From: Eledone cirrhosa
Lineage: Eukaryota
DNA length: 64,000 nucleotides
Reading direction: 5' to 3'
Assembly (NCBI GenBank): GCA_964016885.1
Contig: OZ024741.1
Coordinates: 271,808,001-271,872,000 of the forward strand
Below are positions 25,122 to 39,049 of the stretch, piece by piece. The first letter of the stretch is position 1. Each line of letters opens with the position of its first letter. Under the pieces are notes generated by a model. It saw nothing but the letters and a program-made list of their open reading frames with translations. It was not told where the DNA came from and made no database searches. The position numbers and the translations under genes are program-made.

Positions 25122-27863
25122 CTACAAAGCATTACCACTGGTGACAGCGAGGCTAAGGCACTGAAACAACCAGGCACCCTCACGGGTATCACTTGACACC
25201 TTAGTAAGACGTGTAGCTAGCGATGACAAGAACTTCGCTGTCAGCGGCCCAACTCTACCAAGAAAAAAATACCCTATCGATATGGCGCCCCTACACTCCC
25301 TCGGGAGTTACAGGACCATGCATGCATAGCGGGGCGGCCCGACTGCCGGGACCGTGGGGCGGCCAACACGTGGGCCCCATTTGCTCATAATAGTGAGGGA
25401 TGGGGGAGGCGGGAGAGACTGAGGCAGTGACAGTGGGAATTTGGTTCCTTTGTGTATATGTATATATTTATTTACAACACTTACTTTCCTCTATATATAC
25501 CACCATATATAATAATAAAAATACATTTGTTTTTTTTTGTTTTTTTCCTTTTAGTGGTGTGATCTGATTAATGATGAGCAATATCTCATGCGGCCCGTTA
25601 GTCGAACAAAGTTGGTCATTTATTCCTGTTGTAGCTATGTTTACTGTGAATACCCACATCATTTCACTCCTTCCCACTGCTGTGAAATAGCAGCCAAATT
25701 TTCCTCTAATTTCAGGAAATAGGAGTAAAGAAAATGTCTGGAATGTTTTTCGATCATAAATCTGCTTAATCAGGACTAAACAACATTAACTCGCTGAGTT
25801 AGCTACAGTTTAATGTCAACCCAACCACCACCATTAACATCAACCTGGCTTCCTCATAACTTTTTAAATAACGAATAATTTTTTTAATGACATTTTGCTA
25901 TACGTTGTTGCAGGTATAAATTACAATTAGGTTGATAAAAATTTTTAAATAAATTAATTACATTTTTATTTTAACAATTTATGTTTGTAGAAATAACATT
26001 ACGTTCCTCTGTGAAATCTATAATACCCTGATTGATATTATTTATTTGGATTGGCAGTAATCGGTAGAGCGTCGAACAACAGGCTTTGCGGTATAGAGTT
26101 ACGCCCCTTTACGTTCTGCTTTCAAATCCCGATGGGTTTAGCTTTGACTTTCATCCTTACGGAGTTGATAAAATAAAATACCAGTAATGCACTGAAATTA
26201 ATCGACTTCCCTCTCACTCCCTTAAAATTGTTGGCCTTGTGCCTAAATCAGTAACCAGTGGATTGGCAGTATCGGTAGAAGGTCGGACGCCATGCTTTGC
26301 AGCAAAGAGTTACAGCCCTTTATGGTCTGAGTTCAAATCCCGCCGAGGTTAACTTTGCCTTTCATCCTTACGGGGTCGATAAAATAAAGTACCAGTAATG
26401 TACTGGGATAATTGCTGGCCTTGTGCCAAAAGTAGAAATAATTATTTATTATCAACATGGAAATGGAAGGTATGATAGCATGATAAATAAAACTTTCCAA
26501 GTTTACCTTTAGCCTATTATATACACTAATCGAAAGTAAATGAAAGCATCAACAGACAGAACTATATAAAATAGTGACAGTTTTTTTTTTGTTATTGTTT
26601 TTTTAAAATTATAAATCCATGTATTTATTGAACAAACGTTATACAATGATAGAAATATTTTTAAAAAATGATAAAAACAAAATTACGTAATGAAAAAAGA
26701 GGAAGGGATAATGAAGGGCAGATCTGGTTATATAGGAAAGGACTATAAATGCCATAAATAAGAGGGAAAGAGCAAGGATTATTAGGAAACATAAAAAGGA
26801 AAGGGGGAATGGGAAGAGGGTGACATACTCTACACTTAGGTCAGAGCAGTGTTTCAACTGCGTCCTGTGGACAAAATTCCAAAGGCATCACACCTCGCGA
26901 GGCTGATTCTTAAAATTTTAATCAGCATTAATTTTTTTTCGTATCATTATAACTGTAATCTACATCATAGGAAAGCTATCTTTGCAAAATGTTGTTAAAA
27001 GATAAGCATTATTAAACAAAGTTATGAGCCGGGGCAAGGACACATCATCATTATCATCATCATCGTTTAATGTCCATTTTTCCACGTGAGCATAGGTTAG
27101 ATGCGTTGTCCTGTTGTGAGATTGGTCAAGTCAGGTGACCATGTCTTGCTCATACAGAACTGTTTTGAGCTTGGTTTCTACAGCTGGATGCCCTTCCTAA
27201 TGCCAACCACATTTACAGTGAGTACCACATGTAATTATTTTAGGTGATCAACAGGTTTCCAAACCTCACTCATTTATCAAGTGGGGTGAAACTCGTCATA
27301 TCTAACCAAGGAAGCAATGTTTCCATTGGTCTTTCCATTGCTGGTACTATCCTCCAGTCACAACTCCTGGCAGAAAGAGCAACATGAATAAAGTGTTTTG
27401 CTCAAGGACATAATGCATCACCTAGCCCAGGAATTGAACTCACAACTTCTACATTGCAAAACAAATTCTCTGACCACTAAGCCATGCACCTAAAAGGGGG
27501 TGGATATTAAACTAGAAATCATACCCAGCATTGCCCAGGAAATAAATCACTGTGTTCTTGCATTGGTCATGTAACATAAGAATTTGTCTAATAGAAATCA
27601 ATGAAACATATTTGCCTTCGGGTTAAACTTCCTCTTAGAATGACTGCAAGTACATAATTGGCAAAATCAGTAGAACGCTCAACAATATATTATTGCATCC
27701 ACTTATATTCTTAGTTCAAATCCTACTGCAGATGATTATACCTTTCATCCTTCTAGGATCAATAAAGTAAGTGTCAGTCAGGGAATGCTTGTCAATATAA
27801 TCAAAGAAGGTTCACTTCTTCAAAACTTCTGGCCATGCTCCTAAGATAGACATCATCATCATC

Positions 27864-27895
<32 letters not shown>

Positions 27896-28099
27896 CATCA
27901 CAGTTTAATGTCCATTTTTACACGCTAGCATGGGTGAGACGAGTTGTCCTGTTGTGAAACAAGTCAGATCAGATGACCATGTCTTGTTCATACAGAACCG
28001 TTTCTGGGTTGGTTTCTACAGCTGGATACTCTTCCTAACACCAATCACATTTACAGACATAAATACCTAAATATTAATGTTTATCATCTTAAACACAAG

Positions 28100-28460
28100 C
28101 AGCCGAAATAGGGTTCCTCAGAAGGGTCTTTGGAGTAATGTTACTCAATAAAGTGCATAGCTTGGAGATTAGAGAGTCACTCCAGGTAGAGCCATTACTT
28201 CTCCAAATTGAGAGATCACAGTTCCGATACTATGGGCATGTGGTTAGAATGTCTCAGGAAAGAATCGCTGGATAGATTTTATGGGCAAAACTAACTGGCA
28301 GGAGACCCACACAAGCAAGATGGATGGATAACATCCATGAGCTTGGCTGGTCTCACTTGGGGATCTAGCTGGATCAGTTGGAGATATTTGCTTCTAACAG
28401 GAAGGAGTGTTTAAGAAGTCTTCCCCCACGAACCTCTTAGAAATAAGTGGGCGAAGAAGA
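28100..28460 (+). mobile_element. Second RTE-like family, 3' fragment (related pieces at ~1-260 minus, ~14690-14810, ~32450-32710)
   Basis: Translates as YGHVVRMSQERIA...GRRP; the four copies resemble each other. Confidence 0.6.
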
Positions 28461-29582
28461 ACCTTAGACACACAGCTAGAAATTTTAAAATCTAGGAGTG
28501 ATTGTTTGGCACATTCTGTAGAGTGACAAATAATGTATAGAAGTCAAGGGGGAATAAGACCACCATAAACAGAAGCATGGCCAGATGGAAAAAAAGCATA
28601 GGGTAACAAGGGACACATTCAGGTATTCTGTAGAGAAACCTGTTCAAAAAATATATTGCAGTCTCCACCAAGTTCTGAAAAGTCTGGTGATAGGCCTATA
28701 ACCCTTTCTGGGAGGCATGGGATAAATGAACAAAGGTTATGCTTCCCAGAATACCAAAGAATGTCCAGAAAGAAGCAAATGAATCATGACCCTCCCAAGA
28801 ATATGTGGGCAAAGAAGAAGCTAAGGAGAAATCTATGAAAAGGCACATGGCTTCATGACTAGGGTATAATGTCATAAAATTGACTCCCAGCAGCACATTG
28901 TCTCCTTCAGCAAGTCACTTTATTTCATCTTGCTCCAGTTCACTCAGCTGGCAAAAATGAGTTATACCTGTAATTCAAAGGGCCAGCCTTGTCAGATGCT
29001 GTGTCACATTGAATTGCTCTGAGAATTATGTATCTGTGGAATGCTCAGTCACTAGCACGTTAATTTCATGACCATGCTGTTCTGTTCCATATGCAAACAA
29101 ATTCTCATTGATTGATAGACTTCTCTTGAAACAATTTATTTCAGTTAAACTAAAATGGAAGATGTGATAAAAACTACAATATATATAGCAAAAAGGAAAC
29201 CAAAAAGAAAATATAAAAAAAAGAATTAAATTAGCATTTAAACCAATGTATCTGGCCAGAAATCTCTTACCTTTTTCTGTTAAGGTATTGTTTTAAAAAT
29301 AAATAATATCAAAATATCATAGATTCAGTATAATGTGAGATAATTCTGTAAGATATAGCCTTTACCACAAAAATACAATAGAATAATGTAAATGCTAAAG
29401 GGTTAAGTAACAAAAGAAAGGGAGAGGGGGAGGGAGCAACAGACTCTATACCCCAGCTTCAGCAGTGTTTCAGCTGTACCCCATAGACAAAATGGCAAAA
29501 TGGTTCCCCTTAGTTGGAGACAGAGAACAAAAACCCAGTGGTAAGTGATAATGACGAAGGGAGATAATTCCAAGAAAAAGAA

Positions 29583-29889
29583 AACGGCACAGCTCCCATG
29601 ACTTTCGGAAACATTTTTTCACGTTCAGAATTACTGAAGCATGGAACAAACTACTTGCATCAGTTGTTACCTGCCAAGACAGTGCATCCTTTGAAACCTC
29701 CATGCTTCCTGAAATTCGTCAACACTACACCTGATATCCCCCCTCCATACACATGCACACATGTATTTCATGACTCATACACTGTTCATCATTTTCCTGA
29801 CATTTGTACATTATTCTATGTACTATACATGCACCTTTGACGAGTTGTAGTGCACCTGAGCCCTGTACACAATAATTTCATTATTATTC
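29583..29889 (+). mobile_element. CR1 3' fragment, same family as 21107-21822
   Basis: Close reverse complement of ~21130-21425, with an ATT tail. A shorter piece lies at ~24195-24272. Confidence 0.85.
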
Positions 29890-32800
29890 TTTTTAAATTA
29901 AGGATTTACTTCACAAAATCAATTCATGTGCTGAATAGGAAAATCCGATCTTTGCAGGCTTTATATATACTGCCAGTGAATTGACAGAGTTGTTAGAATA
30001 TTGGATAGAATCCTTCACTGTATTCCTTCTAGCTCTCTGCTAAGTTCAAAGCACAAGATCAATTAGTAAAAAAGTACCAGTCTACTACAGGGATTGATTC
30101 TTCCTCTCTATCTATTTCTCATTTCTTTCTTTCTCCAGAAGAAATTTGTTGTGTTCAGACCTGGAGTGACATAGGCTCAACCATGTTTAAAATGCCCAAG
30201 ACTTGTATGTCACAATAGCATCCCTGACTTCAACAAGAGTCAGAGGTCCATACATCTACACAAACACACACACATATATATACATATTCTCTCTTCCTTG
30301 AGCTCCCTGGATCATAGGGGATTATTGTGAGTTTTTAACTCTACCTTTTAATTTGAAATATGTGTGCGTGTGAGAGAGAAGAGAGAGAGAGATTCCTGGG
30401 TTCAATCGGGGGTACTCAATACATTAGTAGAGTGTAAACATCAAGCATTCCTGATGATTTCTTTTGAATGAAACAGTTCTAATGCTGTAGAAACCATATA
30501 CATATTCTATTAGATACATTGAGGAGGCAGAATTCTGATTGCAAGTGCTACGGTTTCAGCTTGCTTTCTAAAGTCTTAGGGGCTCCTTTGAGAAAGCTTG
30601 AAAAATCAAGCTGAAACTGCATAGTTTGTGGTTGGGATTCTTCCTCTTCAGTATACTCACTGCATCTTGTCATGCATAGAGTATTACTGTGATTTGTGAT
30701 CTTCCCAATCTTTGCCTGCAGATAATCCATGTATTATTAGATACAGCTACTGGAAATAATGATGTATCTGGTGATTGTCTTATCACTGGCTTCAGCTGGC
30801 TCAAGAACTGGTGGGAAGAACTGAGCTCAAGGTCAAGATATGACCAATCACTGTCAACTGGAGGATGTGATGGTTTAAGACATGTCTGAGCAGAGTTGGA
30901 CACAACCTAATGATGGCCTGGAGATGAAGTCATTAGATGGTGTTCAACTTTGCTCAGACAATTCACTTTTAAACCACAATGTCCTTTAGTTGGTCAGTTA
31001 GTAGTGATGACCAGTTATTCATCCATCTTCACCTGGCTTTTGAGCCAACTTCTCCTTCCTCTTCCAGAATCAAGAAGGGGGTTTTTCTGCTACATTCCTT
31101 AACCCTTTCGCTGGTATGGTATCGTCCCGTAACTCCTGATAGAGTCGTAGGAGCATTTTAAGCCTAGTGGAGCCCATCCCTCTCTAGGCCTGAATACAGC
31201 AGATTTCTTCCAGAGAGAAGAAGAATTGATCCCATTACTAGACTGGTACTTTTTTTATCGACCTCAAAAGGATGACAGGCAAAGTTGACCTCAATGGGAT
31301 TTGAACTCAGAAAACAGAGAGCTGGAACAAATACCACTGACGTTCTAATGACTCTGATAATTAGCTGCCTTAACCCATTCATTACCATATTTTAAAATAA
31401 AATACGCTGTATTTGAATTGATTAATGACAAATTTGAAGGGATTTGTTAAAATTATTTTATGAAGATAGTTAAAAGTGAAGGATTGGCAGAATCATTAGA
31501 GCATTGAACAAAATGCTTTGCACCATTTATTCTAAGGCTTTCTTTTTATTCAGAGTTCAAATCTGGCCAAGGTCAATATTGTCTTTCCTCCTACTGGGTG
31601 TTGATAAAATAAAGCAGAGGCCAAACACTGGGTTGATTTGATCAAATTCCCCCTCCATCACTCAAATTGCTGGCCTTGTGCCTAAAAAATTAATCATCAT
31701 TAAGATAGTATTTGCAACATAACTTATGGTTCTTAAACAAAATTATCATCATCATCACCGTTTAATGTCCATTTTCCATGCCTGCATGGATCAAACAGGT
31801 TGTCCAGAATTGGCCCCACAGTAACTTGCTCCGCTGGGACTGTAAATTTGGCTTGGGTTTTTACAGCTGGATGCCCTTCCTAACATCAACCACATTTACA
31901 GTGTGGAACCAAAATTATGTTGGAAGATATTAATTCACAGAGGAATATTTTGAAATAGGTGGTTTTGTTCCATAGGTCCAGGGGTGGTTTCGATGTGGTA
32001 GGTAGTAAAAGGGTTCAACCTACAAGCAGCTGCCTTACTCTCTTTTCCTGTTATTCTCAGAGCGTTTCTTCTACATAAACTGCACCAGGAAACCCCTGAA
32101 GCCAACCTCAACTGGAAACAGTCTTGAACCTACCCCTCTTTAGCTCCAGTAACCAACTTTAACCCTACAATATTGTGCCCCGATCTTGGTACTTGGTGGC
32201 TTTCCTCACCCATTTTCCCACTGGATCATCAGTTCAACTGGAATGTTCCTTTTTGCCTTGTCAGATATGTTGGGTCTTAGGGATAAATAAGCATAGTAGT
32301 TGTGAAAATTAGGTAAAGTTCCCGATTTTCTCAAATATTATTGATTATGATTATGGCCATTTGTGTTGAACTACACACATTTTTTATATATTACACAAAT
32401 AGGAAGTAACTATATGCTTGGTGTAAAATATAAGTATTCATCCTTATGCTTGTATTAGGGTCTTTGGAGTAATGTTACTCAATAAAGCGTGTAGCTTGAA
32501 GATCAGAGTCATTCAGGTAGAACCGCTACTTCTCCAAATTAAGAGATCACAGCTCTGATACTATGGGTATGTGGTTAGAATGTCTCAGGAAAGGATCAGT
32601 GGACAGATTTTATGGGCAAAACAGATCAGTTGGAGACAGTTGCTTCTGACAGAACACCCAGGAGGGAATGTTTGAGGACTCTGCCCCCAGGAATAAGTGG
32701 GTGAAGAAGATCATTCTTAACACTTTTGCTCTGGCAGATGTTATACTGACACTATATCAAAAGTGTGAGCCATAGCCAAAGGTCTTTTGGGTCATTCCTC

Positions 32801-34141
32801 CTCCTTCGACTTTCTAACACCCTCCTTAGAATCCTTGCTGTTCCTAACGAGGCTGTTTTCTACAACAATTCCATCCTGATGGTAATTCCTAGCTTCTCAA
32901 GCCATGCATCTACATTTTTACTAGTTATTATTATTATTTATTACATTATAGCGGTGGATTGGCAGTATCGGAAGAGAGTCGAACACCATGCTTTGAAGCA
33001 TAGAGTTACGTCCCTTTATGATCTGAGTTCAAATCCCGCCGAGGTTAACTTTGCCTTTCATCCTTATGAGGTCGATAAAATAAAGTACCAGTAATACACT
33101 AGGTATTGGCTGGCCTTGTGCCAAAAGTAGAAACAATTATTATTTATTACATTTTGTCTATACTAGCTGTGGATTTTAATGAGATTTGTGTTGAAACAAT
33201 TGTAAAGAATTGAATGGTTTAAGAACTTATATATTCCTTATCAACAAGGAAGATGAAAAAAACTTGCCTCAACACTTAATTTTAAATCTTTAATTTTTTG
33301 TTTTTAATTCATATTCTTTTTAATTGTAATACTCAACATTTGATAAGATGAATTTTACTAATACATCGAAACCGGTTATACTTTATATACATTATAAAAC
33401 TCTTTTTTAAAAAGAATTATCCCTCTCATTTTTTTAATAATGTCACTTTGACGAATCAAAGAAAGGGAAAAATGGAAAACAGACCCGTAAATATATTTTC
33501 CGTGCTATTTCCAAATTCACATTCTCTCTCTCTATATATATATATTATACACACACACATATATATATTCATTTATTATAGCTAAATAGTGAGTCTGGTT
33601 ACTCTGGAGTTTTATCTGCATACTCATAGGGTCGTCGCTATTTAGCCATAATAAATGATGATTTAAACTCTACTTTAGTATTGAATACTCTTTTCTCTCG
33701 TCCATCAACTACATACGGATTCACACACAGATATATTTATATGTGTGTCATTAGAAGTGACTAAAAGGGTTAGTGTCAGGAAGGGCATTCTGCTGTAAAA
33801 CACTGCCTCAAGAAGTCCCATCAAATCCATGCCAGCATAGAAAAGTCGACATAAAAACGATTTTATACGTGTGTGTATGATTATAATTCGTTTAATGGTA
33901 CTAGATTCTTGATCATACGACAGATACAGAATATGTATTTTGTCCCTCGAGTGAACACCTCATCTAGAATACATAATTGTTTCTACTTTAGGCACAAGGC
34001 CAGCAATTATTTCCAGTGTATTACTGGTACTTTATTTTATCGACCCTGTAAGGATTAAAGGCAAAGTTAACCTCGGCGGGATTTGAACATCATCTAGAAT
34101 ACATAATGATTACATTCAGTACTGAATGTGGTATATATACA

Positions 34142-34172
<31 letters not shown>

Positions 34173-34543
34173 TCTACCAAACCTAATACATATATTTGTT
34201 TCACGGAACCTTGTCTACTGGACAGAAGTAAGCAATTATGTATGTGTGCATGCCAATATATATAAACGAAAAATAATATTTTTGAAATATATCTTTTTTC
34301 TTTTAGAAAGCAATGAATGTTACGCTTTGTATTTCTAGCTTAGTAGTAAAACTTTGTAGTTTCGTATACAGGAGTGAAATTACTTTTACTAAAGATTAAA
34401 ACGAAATTGTTAAAGGGAAGTAATTCGTGCTATTATCATTCCGTCAGAATAAGCGTTCATGCTGTCTCCCTCCCTTCGTCTATGAACAACTACCCTCCTT
34501 CGGTAATTCTCTGAATAAACGAACACGCACGAGAGTTCACATA

Positions 34544-34574
34544 CCACGTGGCCTCCTATCGTTCTTCCTTTCTC
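34544..34574 (+). promoter_or_regulatory. rps3a core promoter: E-box and TCT/5'TOP tract
   Basis: CCACGTGG at 34544 and CTTCCTTTCTC at 34564-34574, 17 nt upstream of the ATG. This layout is typical of ribosomal protein genes. Confidence 0.7.
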
Positions 34575-34591
34575 ACTTGTGAACATCGGCC

Positions 34592-35071
34592 ATGGCGGTT
34601 GGTAAAAATAAGAGGCTAACAAAAGGCGGAAAAAAGGGTCAGAAAAAGAAACCAGTTGACCCTTTCACGAAGAAAGATTGGTACGATGTCAAAGCCCCTA
34701 GTATGTTTAATATTAGACAAGTCGGCAAAACATTGGTAACCAGAACACAGGGCACTAAAATTGCATCGGAAGGTCTTAAAGGCCGCGTGTTTGAAGTGTC
34801 TTTAGCAGATCTTCAAAATGACGAAATTGCTTTCCGTAAAATGAAGTTGATCGCCGAAGAAGTTCAAGGCAAAAATGTTCTTACGAATTTCCACGGCATG
34901 GATCTGACCAGAGACAAATTGTGTTCGATGGTTAAGAAATGGCAGACTCTGATTCAGGCACATGTCGATGTACGAACCACAGATGGATATCTGTTGAGGA
35001 TGTTCTGCATAGGTTTCACGAAAAAGAAGCCCAACCAAAACAAGAAGACATGTTACGCTCAACATGCCCAG
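34592..35071 (+). CDS. rps3a: 40S ribosomal protein S3a (eS1), coding exon 1
   Basis: [16 protein letters not shown]...[15 protein letters not shown]...[10 protein letters not shown]; 480 nt, followed by a GTAAGT donor. Confidence 0.98.
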
Positions 35072-38000
35072 GTAAGTTTGTTAATTTTGCTGTCGATTAT
35101 GATGTGAAATGATGCTTTGAAATATCGATTATGATGCTATTAAATATTTCAAAGTGATAAGACCAGAACATTTTGTCATGAGAGGAAGGGATTTTTAAGT
35201 CCCAAAATATTTATATTCATATAATATTTTTAGCCAATGTCATCAAAATCTATTATGGCATTGGAAGGATCTTTGAAAAAGAGTATCTGTTCTGTTGTAA
35301 TAAATAAGAAAACTATATTTTATTCACCAGATCTATTACATGTGTATATATGTGCAGGTTAGTATTGGTCCGTGTGTGTATGTAGTATAAAGCAAGTAAA
35401 AGTAATACGGTGAATGCGACGAGGTATTTTCATGTTTTTTTTATTTCGATTTCTATCCCCAATGATACTCGAATATTTAAAAAATAGTTTATCGAAAATA
35501 AATATAAATTTAACACGATGTTAAAACACCCAGGGTTTTTAAAAATCAACAAAGATTATCTGCAGAATTTTCATTGGGTGTGTAGCTCAAGGTGCTTGAC
35601 ATGCTTCTAATATATATATAATTCTATTATATCTTATATCAATATAGAGGGGTGTTTTCAAAACCTAGTACAATTAATCTAAAATTATTCCAATTTATTT
35701 TTAAATGATACAAAATGGTGTTTTAAAAAAAAAATGTATATTACGAAATAGATTTTTTAAAATATTATTTATCGGAAATATTTTAGTTTTTCTCGTATTA
35801 AAATATTTGTAATTAGATTATCTTCGAAAATTTACACTACTTAATTAAATAATTGTGTTAGGAAACGGACTTCTAGTATTCGATTTCATTTTATTGTAAA
35901 ATTTCCGACGGAGTTTAAAGCACACGCCACTTGGCCGTCTTAATTATGGTCGAATTTGTTTTGTCCGAACTTTTTTCTTTGAACTGTGTAACAACTATAT
36001 CAATACAAATAATTTTTTAAATAATGATTTTTATGCATACTTATTGACTAATTTTATTTAGCAGCCGCTAAAATAATCGGTCGATTTAATTGATACAGGC
36101 TAGCCATTGACGAAAATAACCATTCAACTGCTGTAGAAACGTGTGTGTGTCTATATATATTGTTATATTCTTTACCTTACGGGGTCGTTAAAATTAAGTA
36201 CCAATCGAGTACTGGAGCCGTTTCTCCTTTCCTTAAATTGTTGTCCTTGTGTCTAAATGAAGAACTATTCTTTAATATAAATAACTATCGAATTATGATA
36301 GTAAATGATCTGGTCTTGAATATGTGTGTGTATGCATATATGAATGTATACACACACGTGTATTCATGGTAGAGCTAGCTGGTGATAGTATACACAGAAC
36401 ACAGTCGTATTAAGTGGGGGTGGGCATAGGAATGAGGAATGAGGCCTTGATTATGTGGATGTAGGGTGGTGGATTATGTCTCATCCATAAAGTATCGTAT
36501 CTTAACAGATTTTTTCGTCCTTTATTATCATCCACATTGATCAAATAGATAACAAATAATTGAGAGTAGATACTGACTGAGGAATTGGCAAGCTTTCATT
36601 TTAAGTCTAGATGATGTCTTATTTTTGCCGGCATGGTTACTATGTATGTGATGTGTGACCTGTTTAACGATGACAAAGACGAAAATAAATTACTTCCGGC
36701 ACAGAAATTACCGAAGTTGTTTACATTACCTAAGACGAAAGATGGTCACTATTTTAAACTATTGAAATTTAGTTTTGTGGACGAAGCAGGGAAAATAATG
36801 TATACATGGTTTGGGATGGCAAAATAAGTAGTGGTGGTTATGTAATTGTCTGTATTTCTAACACGATACAGCTACATTGTCGATAAAAAAATTGAAACGA
36901 CGGTCACCATCATATATTTTTCCATACACTAATAGAATAATTTATATCGGAGTGGGTAGTTCTGCTTTTCAATTCTCTACTTTCATATCAATCCGGGATC
37001 ATTAGTATTTTTTTGTTTTCACTTTATTGCTGTCTTCATCCCCACCCTCGGGTGAAATACTGTTGGAATCCTGTCATAATATTACAAAATGTTTTTTAAT
37101 TTAGCAAATATTTATTATTAATATACCAGTAATGCCCTGGTATAATTGCTGGCCTTGTAGCAAAAAGAAACAATTATTATTACTGCAGGTAGATTGGCAG
37201 TATCGGTAGAGCGTCGGACATTCTTAACGACACAGTTACGGCCCTTTACGCTCTAGGTTGAAATTCCACCTCTCACCTTTATTGTGGGTCGATTTAATCG
37301 ACTTTCCTCTTCCAACAAAAATGTTTGGCCTTGTGTCTAAAATCAGAAACTATTATTATTGCCGAGGTTAACTTTGCCTTTCATCCTTACGGGGTCGATA
37401 AAATAAAGTACCAGTAATGCACAGGGTAATTGCTGGCCTTGTGCCAAAAGTAGAAACAATTATTAATTGCAGTCTGTTTTCAACTTTTCTTTAATTTCAT
37501 GAAGGGATGCGAACACTTCTTACGTTAGAACAAACCTCAGTTGTTAGAAATAGTTAAATATCCGCTTAAAACTTACCTAAAAATAACTGGGATGGTTGAT
37601 TATAGGGTTGGTGTTAACATAAAGGGGTAACAAATCTGTTTGCTGCTGCCATCTTATTCCTGCATCATCTTGGGAGCCTCATGTCTTCCTTGGTCAGACA
37701 TCTACACACAAGAGATTCCTAGCCTTTGGTGTCTCAATAGATATCATCAATGCCAAAGTAATGTGAATTATACAGAAACAACACTGTTTTCAGACCAGTT
37801 TAAGTATAGAATTGCCAGACTTAGGAGGGTCAGCAACTGCTCTGCAGCAGGCAGTACACAAACAAGGGCTCAGCATGACCCATGACAATCAGCAGGTTGC
37901 AGCTCAACAAGGTGGATATTATATTATATTATTCGTATTTTGTGTTCCATAAACATTTTCCCAGTAAAGACACTGAGCTGTCATTAGTTCTTATCTACTT

Positions 38001-38726
38001 TTAATTGTAAATTGATACATAGCTGTTTCCTACCAGAGTTGAAATAGAATGTTTTAGCTCTCTGCGTTCAAATCTTGCCTAGATCGACTTTTCATTATTT
38101 TGGGGTTTATCAAGTACCAGCTCAGTACTGGTGCAGCCCTTTTCTTCCTTTAGTTGTTACACCTTGCATCTTCTGCTGGGTTATGAGTTAGAGGCTGTCT
38201 GTATCTGCCTAAAGAAATGGTAAATGTTACCACATTGTCTTTGATATTGAATGGTGGCTATAGCGTTGTGATAGACACAGCTGAAGACCTGGTATTAATG
38301 ATAGGGCTTCAAGAAAATGTTTCATGAGTGATGGCTGTAGTGTTGTGGTAGACACAGCTGAAGAATTGGCTTTTTTGTTAGGGTTCAGAAGGTTTCTCAG
38401 GGTTCAAATCAATGTAGTTATTTGGAAAGGTTTGTATAAAGTTGTTGTACATGACAGACGATTGTAGCAACCCACTTTGCTAAATGCAGCAGGGTGGTGA
38501 CTAAAGATACTAAAGATCTATGGCTGTCTTTGACAATGTATGTTGTTAATTATTGGTTTCTTGCATTGAACTGTATCAAATTCTCTGTTCATAGTTAACT
38601 TGCACAGCATAGTAGCAGGAAAGTAAAAACTAGATTGTATTTGTATGGTCTGTCAACTGGATTGTTTGTATATGTTGTGTGTGTCTTTATATCTTTTATA
38701 ATAATTTTTTTTATTGTATTTCAAAG

Positions 38727-39041
38727 GTAAAACTAATCAGGAAAAAAATGGTTGAGATCATCACCCGAGAGGTTACTGCCAATGACATGAAAGAAGTGGT
38801 CAACAAACTCATTCCCGACAGTATCGGCAAGGATATTGAAAAGGCTTGTCAAGGCATCTACCCTCTCCATGATGTGTTCATCAGGAAGGTGAAGGTTTTG
38901 AAGAAACCCAAATTTGATCTTGGTAAATTGATGGAGTTGCATGGTGAAGGCAAGACCACAACAGGGGCTCCTGGCACAGAAACTGGAGAGAAGGTTGCCA
39001 GACCTGAGGGTTATGAACCACCTGTACTAGACTCGGTTTAA
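38727..39041 (+). CDS. rps3a: 40S ribosomal protein S3a (eS1), coding exon 2
   Basis: AG acceptor at 38725-38726, [12 protein letters not shown]...[21 protein letters not shown]...[10 protein letters not shown]. Confidence 0.97.
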   Translation, partial: VKLIRKKMVEIITREVTANDMKEVVNKLIPDSIGKDIEKACQGIYPLHDVFIRKVKVLKKPKFDLGKLMELHGEGKTTTGAPGTETGEKVARPEGYEPPVLDSV

Positions 39042-39043
39042 AT

Positions 39044-39049
39044 AATAAA
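39044..39049 (+). terminator. rps3a polyadenylation signal
   Basis: AATAAA 3 nt after the stop codon, with a T-rich tract downstream. Confidence 0.75.

Noticed and set aside
25138-25330. LTR retrotransposon PBS followed by a gag start
   Set aside because: Only an ~11-nt PBS-like word, with no correctly oriented LTR and no gag ORF.
35072-38726. Intronic C/D snoRNA in rps3a (vertebrate RPS3A hosts U73)
   Set aside because: ATGATG-like words occur near 35100-35135, but I found no convincing C/D pair, terminal stem or guide. A snoscan or Infernal search would settle it.
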